Source: Camelus dromedarius
Lineage: Eukaryota
Direction of reading: 5' to 3'
Length of the DNA: 64,000 nucleotides
Assembly: GCF_036321535.1 (NCBI RefSeq)
Contig: NC_087472.1
Coordinates: 98,954,001 to 99,018,000 of the forward strand
A model generated the notes under the pieces. The model saw only the letters and a program-made list of their open reading frames with translations. It was not told the origin of the DNA and searched no databases. The position numbers and the translations under genes are program-made. Below are positions 38,743-51,533 of this stretch, in pieces; the first letter of the stretch is position 1; each line of letters opens with the position of its first letter.

Positions 38743-40361
38743 ACCTCACTGTAGTTTTGATTTGCATTTCTCTGATAATTAGTGATATTGAGCATTTTTT
38801 CATGTACCTGTTGGCCATTTGTATGTCTTTGTTGGAGAATTGCTTGTTTAGGTCTTCTGCTCATTTTTGGATTGGGTTGTTGGTTTTTTTGTTATTAAGT
38901 TGTATGACTTAATTGTTGTATGTATGTAAGCTGTTTATATATTCTGGAAGTTAAGCCCTTGTCAGTTGCATGATTTGCAAATATTTTCTCCCATTCTGTA
39001 GGTTGTCATTTTGTTTTGCTTACAGTTTCCTTTGCTGTGCAAAAGCTTGTAAGTTTAATTAGGTCCCATTTGTTGATGTTTGCTTTTATTTCTATTGCCT
39101 GGGTAGACTGCCCTAGGAGAACATTGCTAAGATTTATGTCAGAAAATGTTTTGGTGTATTCATTGGAGAGGATGAGCTATGCTTCCTTCTACTACACCAG
39201 CTGGCAATCCTCTCTACTCCGCCATCTTGGCAATCCCCTCCAAATTCTTTACTGTACAATGGAATTAAGTGAGGATTTTTGGTTTTGTATGTATTTAGTC
39301 TTGTTTAGGTGAATTAGGCTTGGGCATGTTTAAATTCTGATTGGTAATTAAGAGCTTCAAGATTAGCCACAGAGGGCAGAATTAAGACAGCAAGATTCTT
39401 GAGAAGGTAGGAAAGGATGAATCTATACAGCAGGGGAACAAAGGCATTAGCCTCCGCCCACATAACAGCAGTGAAAAATGAAAGGGTGAGGACTGACTTG
39501 ATGACAGGACGTATCAGGAAGTCTTGACTAATGGCCTCTAATTTCTCTGTGAAGTAGGAAACAAAATCACTTGTTGAGAATGATGGCCCAGGAAAACCTA
39601 GCAAGCTGGGAGGCTTGAGCTAAGAGTGTATTTGATATTTTACTATTGATAACCAGAAATTTATAGTGGTGCCAATCTGCATGGTTTTAAGATAAGTTCA
39701 TTGATATAGTTCAGGTTTAAAAGTTTCTGAGGAAGAGATTCAGGAATGGAATTTTGCAATGTTCCCAATTATAGGACAAGAAGAGTGAAGTTTCTAGTTA
39801 AGCTAGGAGGTAGAGAAAATATCTGGTGACAAGTTAGAAGCTACTGGGCACCTCCACAGGGTACAGCTAAATGATTTGGAAGGCAGGGTTGCACCTAGAG
39901 TAGGAGGAGAAGAGCAGGACATTATGCCTAAGGGAGTACAAGTGAGGATGGAGGGCCAGAGAGATTTGTATTTGGGTGCTAAGGTGGACAGTTCAAGAGG
40001 CATGGTGTACTTCATAGCCTTGGCATTGAAAATGGAACTCTTTGGCCAAGTTCGTGACATTCCTCAGGACTCTCCTTTGGGAAGTTATAGGTGTCAGTCT
40101 TCAGAGGGAGGCTCAGTTGTCTCTGGCTTATGGATCTGGGACTGGGGAGGCAGGGAAGAAGGGAAAGAAGTCTATGATGGTAACTTTTCACCCAAGTTCA
40201 ATGAACGGATGTTAGTCACTATCGTCCTTAAAGTTGTGAGACAGGAATGTCTCTGATCAGGAAGTAAAATTAAGACTCTAGAGGAAGGGAAATTGAACTT
40301 GGTGCCACCAATTTGTATTAGGGACTGGGGAAAAAAGAGAAAGAAGCATTTGGTGAGTACT

Positions 40362-40810
40362 TTTGCAGCAGATGCTATCCACGTACTGCCCCTGCTCATT
40401 GAACCTTACATATCAGCGTGCTCTGGACAACTTCCATCTGCCAGTATTTCCATCTCTGCCTGAGGGCTTTCTTCAGAGGACCACTCTACCCTCTCACAGC
40501 AAGCCATAAGTGCTGGGGACTTCTCAACCACAGGAGCAGCCCTCAGTGACTGACAGAAGTGAGTGCATAAATGCCCGAGACTCCTTGATTCCTGAGAAGG
40601 GTTATCTGAAACGTGTTTTATAGCATTTCCCCAGTGGGATTTAGTCAGTCGTGCTAGTAGATGTTAATAATTATGCCCTTTGTTGGCTTCCTTTTCTTCT
40701 TCCACTTCCCCACTTCCCTCACTATATTCCCTGTACCTCTCCAATAAGCCATGCGAACTGAAATCTTTGTCTTTGGGTCTGCTTTTCACAGATTCCAAGC
40801 CAAATCAACC
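40362..40810 (+). mobile_element. LTR16-like ERVL solo LTR
   Basis: tgcagcagatgct start; 3' end aatctttgtctttgggtctgctttt. Confidence 0.55.
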
Positions 40811-40878
40811 TTCTATAGCCTGTTGCTTTGCTTATATTATCTAGCTTAATCCTAGCAACAACTGTGAGCAATAGGTAT

Positions 40879-41226
40879 TGTCTTAGTCTGTTTAAGCTGC
40901 TGTAACAAAATACCACAGACTGGGTGGCTTATAAACTACAGAAATTTTTTTTCCTTCACAGTTCTGGAGGCCAGAGTGCCAGTTTGATCTGGTTCTGGGG
41001 AAAGCCCTCTTCTGGGTTGCAGGCTTCCAGCTTCCTCCTCACATGACGGAAGGGGCCAGGGAACTCTGTGGGGTCTTTTTTATAAGAGCACTAATTCCAT
41101 TCATGAGGGCTCTGCCTTCATAACCTAGGTACCTCCCAGAGGCCCCACCCCCAAATACCATTACCTTGAGGATTAAGATGTCAACATATGAATTCTGTGG
41201 GGGACACAAACATTCAGACCACAGCA
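40879..41226 (-). mobile_element. MLT1A-like MaLR solo LTR
   Basis: tgtcttagtctgttt..acaaaataccacagactgggtggctta ... ggggacacaaacattcagaccacagca; 5-bp TSD ggtat / ggtgt. Confidence 0.85.
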
Positions 41227-42259
41227 GGTGTGATTATTCTCATTTTAGAGATGAAGAAATTAAGGCTCAATAGGTTTTGGCAACCTAGCCCAGGTAAAAG
41301 ATTTAAATGACAGATCTGGGATTTGAACCCAGGTCTTATCAGGTTTAATCCATAGCACCATAGGGAAAGGAGGTCACTATTTAGCATAAGATTTCAGTTC
41401 AGAAAAACTCTTCATTGCTTTTATTTCCTGTATTTAGAAATGAATATTTTTATACTAATTTTATTTGGGGGACAATTGTTTCTATTTTGTTTCCCTAGTT
41501 TTTAGTAAACTTCTCTTTGAAAATATTAGTCTGCCTCTTCCATGCTGAAGTGGAAGAAGAAAAGATGTTTTCATTTTATTCCAATTACAGAGAGAAATGA
41601 GAGTGCAGCCACTAGTGTGGCTATCCCACTCAGCTCAGCCATCATCATTACGAAGCTCATTATTGCTCGCACCTGGTAAGGTTTGGTTTTACTGAGGAAT
41701 TCCATTCATTTTTGAGGGCATGTAGCAAAAATAGATTCTGACAAGTTAAATATAGAAAGTCCAGGCCATCATCTAGATGTCAGAGTCATAAAGAAACTGA
41801 CAATGATTCATAGAGTGTCAGCATGGGAAGAAATCTCAAAAACCACCTTGTTCACTTCATTTTACAGATAAAAGACCTGAGACCCAGAGGGGTTAAGTAA
41901 TGTTCCAGAGGTCGCACTCAAGTAGCACAGAATAGAGACAGCCAGATCACCTGATTAAAGTTCTTTTTCTGTCCTTAGCATTACAGTGGCCCAAATTTTA
42001 TTTTGTCAAGTTCCTATTCTAACTCAAGTCCAATTTTTTAAAATGTTTCTGATTGCCAAGTGGGCCACACAAATATTGGTCTCTCCTTTTGTTCTGTTGC
42101 TAGATTAGAAACTGGGAAACTTCTGAGAAGAAAGGTAGGAGATGGGTGATATTTCTTACATACCTGTTCTGTGTTTTCCCTTGCTCCTTCCTTTCCATTT
42201 CTTACCCCCAAAGATATGTTTTCTATTGCTGTTAAGAGGAGTTTATGCCTGAAGGTGTC

Positions 42260-43192
42260 TGTATCAGTTATGTATTGTGACAGTTTTAGAACATGGCCCC
42301 AAAATTCTTTAATATTTCTCCAGAAGCAAAATCTATATCCCCTGTCCTTGAATATGGGCTCTGTGAATGCTTGATTGCTAGAATATGGCAGAGGTGGGGT
42401 TGGGCCAATTTCTAGGCCAAAGCCTTCAGACATGGGCAGCTTTCACTTTCTATCTCTTGAGATGGCCCCTTCTTGAAACACAACTACCATGTGTGGGGAA
42501 GCCAGCAACCTAGGAAAAGGCCCCGGAGAGCTGCAGCTGGCACCCAGCACCAACTTGCCAGTCACATGAGTGAGTCTCTTGGAAGTGAGTCTTCCAGGCC
42601 CATTCAGGCTGCCCAATGTGGAGAGATGAGCCTGCCCTACACAGGTCTGCCCAAATTTCTGATATGTGGGCAAATAAATGACTGTTGCTGCTGTAAGCCA
42701 CTAAATTTTGTTTTAGTTAGGTTTTTGTTTGTTTGTTTGTTTGTTTTTGGTAGTGGTGGGAGGATTAAATAGCAAAAGATAACTGGAACAAGTATTTCCA
42801 TGAAAATGCTATATAACAAACTACCCAAACACTCATTGCCTTTAAATAGCAGTCATTTTGTTCTCAGAGATCTTCAGGTCACCTAGAGAAGTTCTACTCC
42901 ATGTTCACACATTTTGGGGACCAGTCTGGGGGTTGCACTCCCTGGGAGAAGCTCTTCTCATGGGATGGCAGAGAACCAAGAGGGCAAACAAAAGATACAA
43001 GACCCAGGCTCAGAACCAGCCACTGTTGCTTCTGCCAACATAGCATTGGCCAAAACAAGTCACATGACCAAGCTCAAAGTCAAGTGGTGAGGAAATGTAC
43101 TTTGTCCCTATAATCAGAAGAGCTGCAAACTCATACAAAGGTGGGATATAAGACGGAATAAAAAATTGGGACCAATTGTGTAATCTACCACA
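42260..43192 (-). mobile_element. Older MLT1 solo LTR split by a second MLT1
   Basis: tgtatcagtta start; resumes at 42791 (taacaaactacccaaa); ends taatctaccaca. Confidence 0.65.
42276..42790 (+). mobile_element. MLT1F-like solo LTR nested in MLT1
   Basis: tgtgacag..atggccccaaaattcttt start; aataaatgactgttgctgctgtaagccacta; ends gataactggaaca; TSD tgtat / agtat. Confidence 0.8.
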
Positions 43193-43720
43193 GCAAATAA
43201 ACTGAGCAACTTTGGGCTGAAAATACCACTTTTTTAAAGCTTTAATAGATTCTCTGAGATCTATTATCAAGATGTTTTACTGATTTTAGAAAATTTAAGA
43301 ATAAAATGAGAGTAAATTCAATAAGAAGGAAAAGAAAGAGTTCATATGCACAAATTTTTTTTTTAACCTTGAGTGGGCTGGGAAAAATACTTAACTAAGA
43401 AGAAACAGCTACTGGAAAAACACGATTATCTTTTTTTTTTCCTGCCGAAACCTCACTCTATAGTATAATCTGGAGATGAATACTTCTCCCTTTGTAAAGC
43501 AGATTCTTTCAAGGGAAGTGTTATTGTATTCCTAGTGAAATCATAGGTTTCCCATAGGGATAAAAATACTATCTTTGGGGAGCAGCAGAAAGATATATTT
43601 TTCTTCTTTGCCTCTCTGTAGCTAATAAAGATTAAATTGGGAAACTAATTTATGTTAGTTTCTTTTTAGAGAATACGATTTTAGGTAATATCAGAAGAAA
43701 GCAAACACTATTGATGGGAC

Positions 43721-44404
43721 TGTGGTAGATTTGTACTGTAACCTTAGCTAACCTGGTACTACATTTCCCAGAATTCCCTTCTCTGCATAGTTTTTGGTTA
43801 ATATGCGTCGCAAGAAACACTTGGGGTAAGATTTGGATGGTGGAAGTGAAGCAACATACATAGTCTTGTCTACACTTGGAAGGACAGTGCAGGGTCAAAC
43901 GTGTTCTTGCAATTCCCACATGTTGTCACTGATCTGCTAGCTCACCCTGTTGGTATGGAGCAGCAGCTGGGTCCACAGCTCCTGCCAGACCCTCTACAAC
44001 TTCTTCAATCCTGGACCAGTGTATGCGGCTTCAGGGACAACAGTACAGTCTATGATTCCTCTAGCTCTTACTATGTCTTCAGCTTCACTGATTCCTGGAT
44101 CAAGTCTATGCACAGTTTTGTGATGAAGGGTACCAGTTTCTCCTTCGTGTCAGGACGTTGCTGACTGAAGGCTTGGGGGCAGTTAGAGACTCACTCAAGT
44201 TCTAGCTTGTCCACACGTCCATCTTTCCTTCCCAGCTGCCTATCCTGTGGACTTTAGACCTGGTGGGCGGTGCAGAAGCAACAGCCATACAAAACCTATT
44301 TAATCAGCTTCCTTGATTATGCAAGATCAAATTCCTATAATAAATCCCATATTTTAGAAGACTGCTTATGGTTTTGCTTCTCTGATCAAACCTTGACAGG
44401 TATT
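43721..44404 (+). mobile_element. LTR41-like ERVL solo LTR
   Basis: ttagctaacctggtactacatttcccagaattcc..; ataataaatccc; ttctctgatcaaaccttgac; paralogous to 54422-55783. Confidence 0.7.
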
Positions 44405-45129
44405 AGGACTTTATGTAAAACTCAACATGATTTATCTCTTCTAATATTTTTTCCAAATACCCAAATCCTTTAGCCTAGAGTAAATACTTACTAGATACAA
44501 GGCACTGTGGTAGGCATTTAAGGAAATAAAATAATTAATACTGTTGATTCCTGCCCTGGGAAGTTCTGTTGGGTCTCCTTATATATTGCTGAGTTATGTA
44601 AAGGAGCCAGTAGCCACTGTTAAATACAAAGAATGTTATTAACCAACTCCTGGAATAAACCTGGGTACTCTAGTGATTTCTCTGTAACCTGTGATGTGTG
44701 TCTAGGTACAGCAGAGCTGCCTGATGACACATGTGTATAACACTAGGGAATAGGGTAACATAGCAGTTAGTTGCTATGACATTCCAATGACGTGTCACAG
44801 TTTAAAGTGGCCTGGAAATGGTGGAACAAATCTTTGCCATGCCCAGAGCATAAAAATAGAAACTATACAAAAGTAGTGTTGCTAATAAAATAATGTAGGT
44901 TGAGAGGGTAGAAATCCAGCTTTCTCACTAGAGTGAAGAAAATGATTCCCAGATATCAGAGATCTGGTGGCAGACAGGTGAGGGCCTGTGCATACTTCAG
45001 GCTATGGGGGAGTTCATCACCAAACTTAGTCCCCCTGGGAGGAGGCAGAGATACCGCATAACTTACCCTAACAGAGGAGGAGGAAACTGCAATGATGCTG
45101 TTCCCTTAACAATGTCTTCTGTACACATA

Positions 45130-45530
45130 TTTCTAAAAGATAAAAATGGTGTCATAGTTGGTTGAATATATGATGGCACATCCATGCCACATAATACTGT
45201 GCAGCCATAAAAAAAGAACGAGGTAGTTATATATGGACTGATGGTGGAAAAATTTTCAAGACACATAAGTCACTCAAACAAGGGGTCAGCTGTGGATAGT
45301 GCTCTACTATTTGTACAAAGGAATAAAAATAGCCTGTATACATAGTTGTTAGTGTAAGTCTGGAATATCTTTGAAAGGATTCAGAAAAGCCAGAAACATT
45401 GGTTGCTTCTGGAGGGGAGGACAGGTAGGCTAGGGTACAGAAGTAAGAGCAAGACATTTCACCAATACTCTTGTATCTTTTCCACTTTGTGCCACGTGAA
45501 TTTAGTGATTATTCACAAAGTAAAGAAAGA
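45130..45530 (+). mobile_element. Ancient L1 (L1ME-like) 3' end
   Basis: atactgtgcagccataaaaaagaa..ggttgcttctggagggg motifs. Confidence 0.55.
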
Positions 45531-47389
45531 AAAGAAAATGTGCAAGTTAGAGAGAAAATGTCCAGGCAAATGTAAAAACATTTGGAAGATAACCCATCCC
45601 TCTTACAAGCCCCACAAAGAGAACTGGTGCTGGAAAGGGTGAGACTGTATCCACTGGCACTGCCACTTACTGAGGCATTTGTACAGATGCCAGGTTTCCA
45701 AGAACAGGGAGAGTAGGGCTTGGAAAAGAAGTACCTTGCAAATAATATGGCATGGATCCAGTTGGGTGAAGAGGTCCAGGGTCATTATTTGCAATGAAGA
45801 CCTTACAGAGGGCCACAATGGCTTATTTGGTAGAGGTAATGGCTCCTCTTTTGACTAGTTCCTCAAAATAATGAGGCAACTGGAAGCTTGGGAAGTCTTT
45901 TTCATAGACCACCCCATCCATTTGCCACATAAACCCTCAAAAACAAAACAAAATGCAACCAAGAATCCAGACATCCTTGAGAGAGGCTAAGATGTGAGTA
46001 AGTGTTGAAATAACTGAAAAATGCTGCCTGCTAAGAGCTAAGAACAGAGCTACTTGTGAACCAGCTCAAGAACACACTCAGTCAGGAGAATGGAGCCTTG
46101 TATGATGGAGCCTCAGGGCTTAAAAACATCATTGAAGGAGAGAATCCCATTAGAGCCTTCCGGGGACTGGTTCACACACTCCCACGTTACACTGCATACC
46201 TCAGAGAGTGCAATTCCCATCTCTTTTAGGAGAAATCAGCCTCTCATTTGCTTCCTCAGTCACAGGTATTTCCACCTTCATGTCTGTCAAACCACCAACA
46301 CAGAAATTCCAAAGGCAGCCACCTTTTCATCTGGAAGAGAGAGAGGCAGTCAAAGCACTCAGTCTCCTGTCACAAACCCCCCAGGCCCCAGAGTCAAGAA
46401 AGCGCATATTTTCAGCAGAAAATGCTCAGCCCCAGCCCTGTCAGGATTGCAGTCTTGGTGTTTATTATTATGCACATTTGAAACGTTCAGAGGGAAAGGG
46501 GAAGATGAAAGAACTTTGGGGCCCTCAGGCTCATCGGAAGTCATCCCACCTCAATTAGCTTTTTCTCCACCCTGTCACCAGGTTTAAGGGGGACATAAAA
46601 GGAAACTGCCGCTGCAGGAGGCCCCTTTGCCCATCCCCCACCCAGCCCAACCTACTTTCATCTCTTGCCCTAAAAAATAAATAGGACAGGGTGAGGATAG
46701 AGGAGGGAAAGAGAGGCTGGGTCACAAACCTTATTTTCTGCCTCACCTCTTGCTCTTTTAAGACCATCTTTACCTGGACCTAACTCCCCTGCATTTATGC
46801 TGTTTCTTTTAAGAGATCCTGAGTTTATTTCCCCAAGTCAAAATAAAATACCGAAGGCAGGAAAATGCTCTGTAATGCAAAACACATCAACCTTCTTTTC
46901 AGAGCATGGCTTTACACAATTACAGCATTGTTTGAGCTGGAGGAGAACTTAGACATCATCTTTTTCAAATCTCTTGTTTGTGGGCAACAGAAACCCAGAA
47001 AAGTTAGTCGACTTGTCCAAGCTAGTTGCTGAGCCAATACTAGGAGGGAGGTTGTCTGATTCTTGTCCATGATGTTAAATCAATAGACTTTGAAGTGAGA
47101 ATTATATTTTTTATTCTTTTTTATCCTGCATGCCTTATACTGAATTTTGAGCATACTGTAACAATACTCCATATTGAAAAGTCACTTAGCTAATGATATT
47201 AACTACTCATAGCACACAGTTAAGGATCAGAGAGCAAGTGAAAAGGATCAAATACTCCAAATAAATGTCTTTGAGTTTAGATATTAAATTTCTTCACTCC
47301 AAATATAGGAACGGTCCCTAAGTCTTCACTCGAAGTCTATTTACTCTAACTTCGCACACAATTCTAACAAGTTTTAGGTATTTGATTGT

Positions 47390-48860
47390 CTTCATTCACT
47401 TGTTCAATAAACATTCACTGAACCCCTGCTCCTGGACCAGTCACTGTTCTTGGAGGTTAAGGGTTCAAAGGTAAATAAGGCACAGCCTTGGAGTTCACGT
47501 TTTAGAACTATAAATATACGAGTCCACGGCAATATGCTTGTATGGTGGTTGATGCAGGTGCTATGGGGCCATGCAGTCCAGCCTGGGAGAGTCAGAGGAG
47601 ACTTCACAGAGCAGATGAAGTCTGTGCTGTAGCTGGGAGGGCGGGTAGGTGTTTATTTCTCAAGACAAGGGAAAAAGGACATTTTAGGCAAAGGGAACAG
47701 CATGAAAAAAGGTAAGGAGCAAGGAAGAGTGGCATGCCTTCTAGGAACTAGAAGTTTTCTATGACTAGAGGATAGGGTAAGTTCAAGGAGAGATGGGCTT
47801 ATATAAATCTCTCCCAGGAATTTAGACTCTATCCTGAAGACAATAGAGAATCAAACAAAAGTCATATTTAAATTTGCATGTTTGAAAGAAAACTTTAAGG
47901 ACCTACGGTGAGTGGATTGAATGTATAGGAGACTGTGGAACTGAACTCAGAGAACTTCTTTAGAAGGTTTTTGTAATAATCTGTGTGAGAGATGAGGCCT
48001 GAGTAAACTTGAGAGCAATTTAGGACTTAGAATTATGGAATTATGAGAAACGTTGATCTTGAAGGCAGAAAATGAGGAAAATGTAAGAGAGGAGAACTAC
48101 TCCCATATTTCTAGTTAGTTGTTTCCCCACATTACATTATACCCTTCTTTTCTAGTAATAGAAGCCTTGAGTTTTAATGAGAATGGAAGAAGCCCATATT
48201 TCCCAGCCTCCTTTGTAGCCAAATGACTAAGTTCTGGACAATGGCTATAAGTTAAAGTGGTATGTAAAATTTCCAAGAAGAGTTCTTAGTGGGAAGGAGC
48301 ATGCCCTTCTCTTCCCTTTTCCTTCTTTTTGGTGACTGGAATGCAGCCATAATGGCTGGAGGTAGAGCAGCCATCTTGGAACATAAGGTGGAAACTGCAT
48401 ATTGAGTAGGGCAGAGCAGAAAGATTGAAAGGACTTGGGCCCCCAATGATTTCAGAGCTGCCAAATCAGCCCTGAATTACTCTCATGTACATACAAGAAA
48501 AATAAACTTCTATTTTGTCTAAGCCATTGTTTTTTGGGGTTTTTGTCACTCACAGCCACAACAAATCTTAACACAGATAACCAGACAGATGGTGGCACCA
48601 TGGATTGAGAAGGTGAATGAAGGGAAGAACAAATTTGGAAGAGGGGAAGAATGTAATTTGGATAGGTTGATGTTGAATTGTGTATAGAACTTCCAAACAG
48701 AGATAGCAAGCCAGCAGTCAGCTCTACATACCTGAAACTAGGAGAGAGGTTTTGGATGGAGACCCAAACTTTAGAATGATCAAGGTGGAGGTGGCAGTAA
48801 AAGCCATGGGTGCAATTATGAATGAAAAGTAGATGGCCAAGAAAGGAGTCACAACTGGGG
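47390..48860 (-). mobile_element. L2 relic with a nested MLT1 LTR (~48130-48575, plus strand)
   Basis: L2 3' end ttcattcacttgttcaataaacatt; MLT1 3' end aaataaacttctattttgtctaagcca. Confidence 0.6.
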
Positions 48861-51359
48861 GTCAGGAAGTCAATTAATGTAGAAAGAAGGGAGAATATGT
48901 ATACTTTGGACACAGAGACAAAGCCAGAGTCACTGGCAATGTGCTCAGGCCAAGAGGGAACAAACAGATGGACATGCAGTCAGTGGACTGCACTGATTGT
49001 CCAAAGCCAGGGTGGAACACAGATGGGGCAGAGGCCCATGGTCACTGTGCAGGCCTCCATGCAGTTGATATAGGAACAGTTGAAAGTGTGGTATGAGTAT
49101 TGGGGGGAGCATAGTGACTAGCAGATCATCTCATACACAGGGGAATCATCAAGACATGAACGTATGACTTTAAGAGACCCTGCATCGTGAGTAGTTTCAT
49201 ACAACTCCATGACCAGGGAAGTTTGACCTCTAGCATGGGAGCTATCGATCTTCTGCCTTGGTTATAAATAGCTTCATGGTAGAGGCAGGTACCTGCTAGA
49301 AGGCTAGTGCACCTTTTCAGAGCAGGGCAGGTCCCTATAGAAGCCAGTAGTTAACAATGTTTTGATTGTCCTCAGGGTTCTACGTGGTTTAGCAACTGGT
49401 CTTGTCCTGTGATAGGGGAAAAGAGAGAGGAGAATAAGATATGGGGGGGGGGGGGAGAAGGCAGGGAGAGAGAGAAACTAATTGATTGAGAGAGAGTACT
49501 AATTTGGAACACTCCATAGTCATATTCATCGCAGGATACATAAAGTTCCTGTCATCTAAAATGCTGTTGCTTTCCCTGTTACCAAAATATCTCCATACCT
49601 CCATTTGTTCAAGATCCACCTCACATTTTATTGCCTCCACAAAGACTTCCCAAATCACCCTTTCCCACACTAATCTCACATTCATAAACACTCAAATAGT
49701 ACTTCTACCTAATTTGTACTAGAGAAGCATTCATTTAATTATATATTGATTTTGAATTATAATCTATATGGAATCTTGTCTTTCCAAATAAATTACATAC
49801 TCCTTGAACACAGGAATTACATTGTACATGGCATCTGTATCCCTCATATGTCATGTTAATAGTAAGTATTAAACGGACATTTGGTGATGAAATGGAACCA
49901 GAGGAGCATGTGAGTTGTGTAAATGTCATGACATACTTGCTAGTAACAGCATCTCCTGGTGACTCTTTAAGCAGGAGTAAGAACATACCATATTCCCTGT
50001 TCTTTTCTTTTGACATATATGCTAGAAAATATTTAAATAATCACCTGGGAGTGTTAAGGTGAGCCACCACCCCATAGCACACATAAGGGTACAGCTGCTT
50101 GTCCAGTGGATAGTTTATTCTAGTGTTGACCTTTTGGCTTCCAAAACTTTCTCATTTTTAGCAAAGTGATTTACCTCAGTTGGTTGAAAAGATTTAAAGA
50201 TTTCTTTCTTTCTTTCTTTTTTTTTTTTAAGGAACAAGGAATGGGGAAAGGGCTCACAATTTCCAATAATGACTGTTAGACATAGTTTGAATCCTCCTAT
50301 ACAGAACGGGGCTGAGACTTGGGGTTTGCAGATTTCTATGTAAACCTAGAAGCTCCTAGTGGATACTCTGACCAGTATGATGAGGATTATGGTGGCAAAG
50401 GTGAGCTGACTTTCCAGGGCCTACCACAGTAGGCTCTGTTTAACTTTAGAGACAGACCAAAAGATGGAATACATACAAAGCTAAAAGCCCAACTCTAATG
50501 ATTCAAAAGCCAGAATGGAATATAGGAAAAATAGAACTCCAAAAATAGCAACAACAAAGACAAAAAATTGAGTTCTAGACTTAGTAGCTATTAATCTTAG
50601 ATTGAGAAGCAGGAACTACCTGATCTTGCAGAGATGCAAACTGTTGGAAATGACAATAGCTGCTTTTATTGGGCTGTAGTGCCAGGCACTATGCTTTGCT
50701 CTTTAAGTACATTATCTGTAATCCACAGCAATCTTACAAAAGTATTATTATCTCCATTATATGGTTTTGAAAACACAGTCAAAAGGATACTAAGTAAACT
50801 GCTTAAGATTGCAGTGCTATTAATTTCATAGAACTGGGATAGAAGCCCAAGACTACCTGAAGCTAAAGCTTATGCTTTTTCTACCACAGTGATTTAGTTC
50901 ACAAAGAACTTTCATGTTTCTTATTTCATCTGATCATTGTGTGTGACAAGTTATTGTTCTATCTATTTTGCAAATAAGGAAAAGCATGGGTAAGTCACTG
51001 AATATGGGTAAGTCTCAGTTTCCTCTGCTGTAAAATGGGATAATAACGTCCACCTTGAGTTGTTATTCAGGGCTAGACATGTTTACCATGTCTAATTACC
51101 AGTCCATAGTCAGTGCACAATAAATACTAGCTCTCATGTTGTTATTATCATTGGCAAAGTCGTGAATTGCCCAAAGTCACACAGCTTAGAGGTGACACAT
51201 CCAGGACTCACGTACAAGTTTTCTGATCCTATCCCAGTGATTCATCTCCGTGGCTGGGTGCAGCACAGCCTTGGGAGGGTATCTCTATAGGTCGGCATTC
51301 AAGCCAGACAAGCAGCACAAGGTATAGGCAGAAGTCAGGCATGCCTAAATCCTTACTCT

Positions 51360-51533
51360 GTGATTGTTTCTTGACCTTGGCTATACATTAGAATTACCTG
51401 GGAGTTTTTAGAAACCCTGATGCCCAGGCGAAACCCCAGACCAATGACATCAGAGCCACTGGTCAGAGGGGCAGGGCTCAGGCGTTAGCATTTTTGGAGT
51501 TTCCCGTTATGGAGCTAGGGTCAAGAACCATTG
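51360..51533. mobile_element. MER5A-like hAT-Charlie MITE
   Basis: cattagaattacctgggag..tgatgcccagg..ccccagaccaat; ends caagaaccattg. Confidence 0.7.

Larger units (their letters stand above)
30678..39240 (-). mobile_element. Older, internally deleted L1 (~1.3 kb of own sequence: 30678-31627 and 38759-39240), interrupted by two younger L1s
   Basis: ORF2 C-terminal sequence is continuous across the 16-bp TSD of the full-length L1; own TSD caaattcttt 30668-30677 / 39241-39250; L1 5'-start motif at 39153-39240. Confidence 0.88.
29780..39258. mobile_element. MER21-like LTR (29780-30677 plus terminal 39251-39258), host of nested L1s
   Basis: gacaccaactg..ttgctagaaaaactcatagaactca..gttatggtttattacag motifs; terminus aaggtcaaattcttt|actgtaca is split by the L1 TSD. 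Confidence 0.7.

Noticed and set aside
38580..38864. ORFs joining ORF2-like peptide to novel sequence
   Set aside because: Artefact of reading across the junction between the older L1 and the young L1 5' end
46090..46587. 165-aa ATG ORF with several overlapping ORFs
   Set aside because: No domain or family resemblance and no clear exon structure; a homology search would be needed to exclude it fully
48975..48992. 7-bp hairpin tgcagtc-agtg-gactgca
   Set aside because: Expected by chance in 64 kb
49443..49455. G13 run as a G-quadruplex element
   Set aside because: Isolated homopolymer of uncertain true length with no functional context
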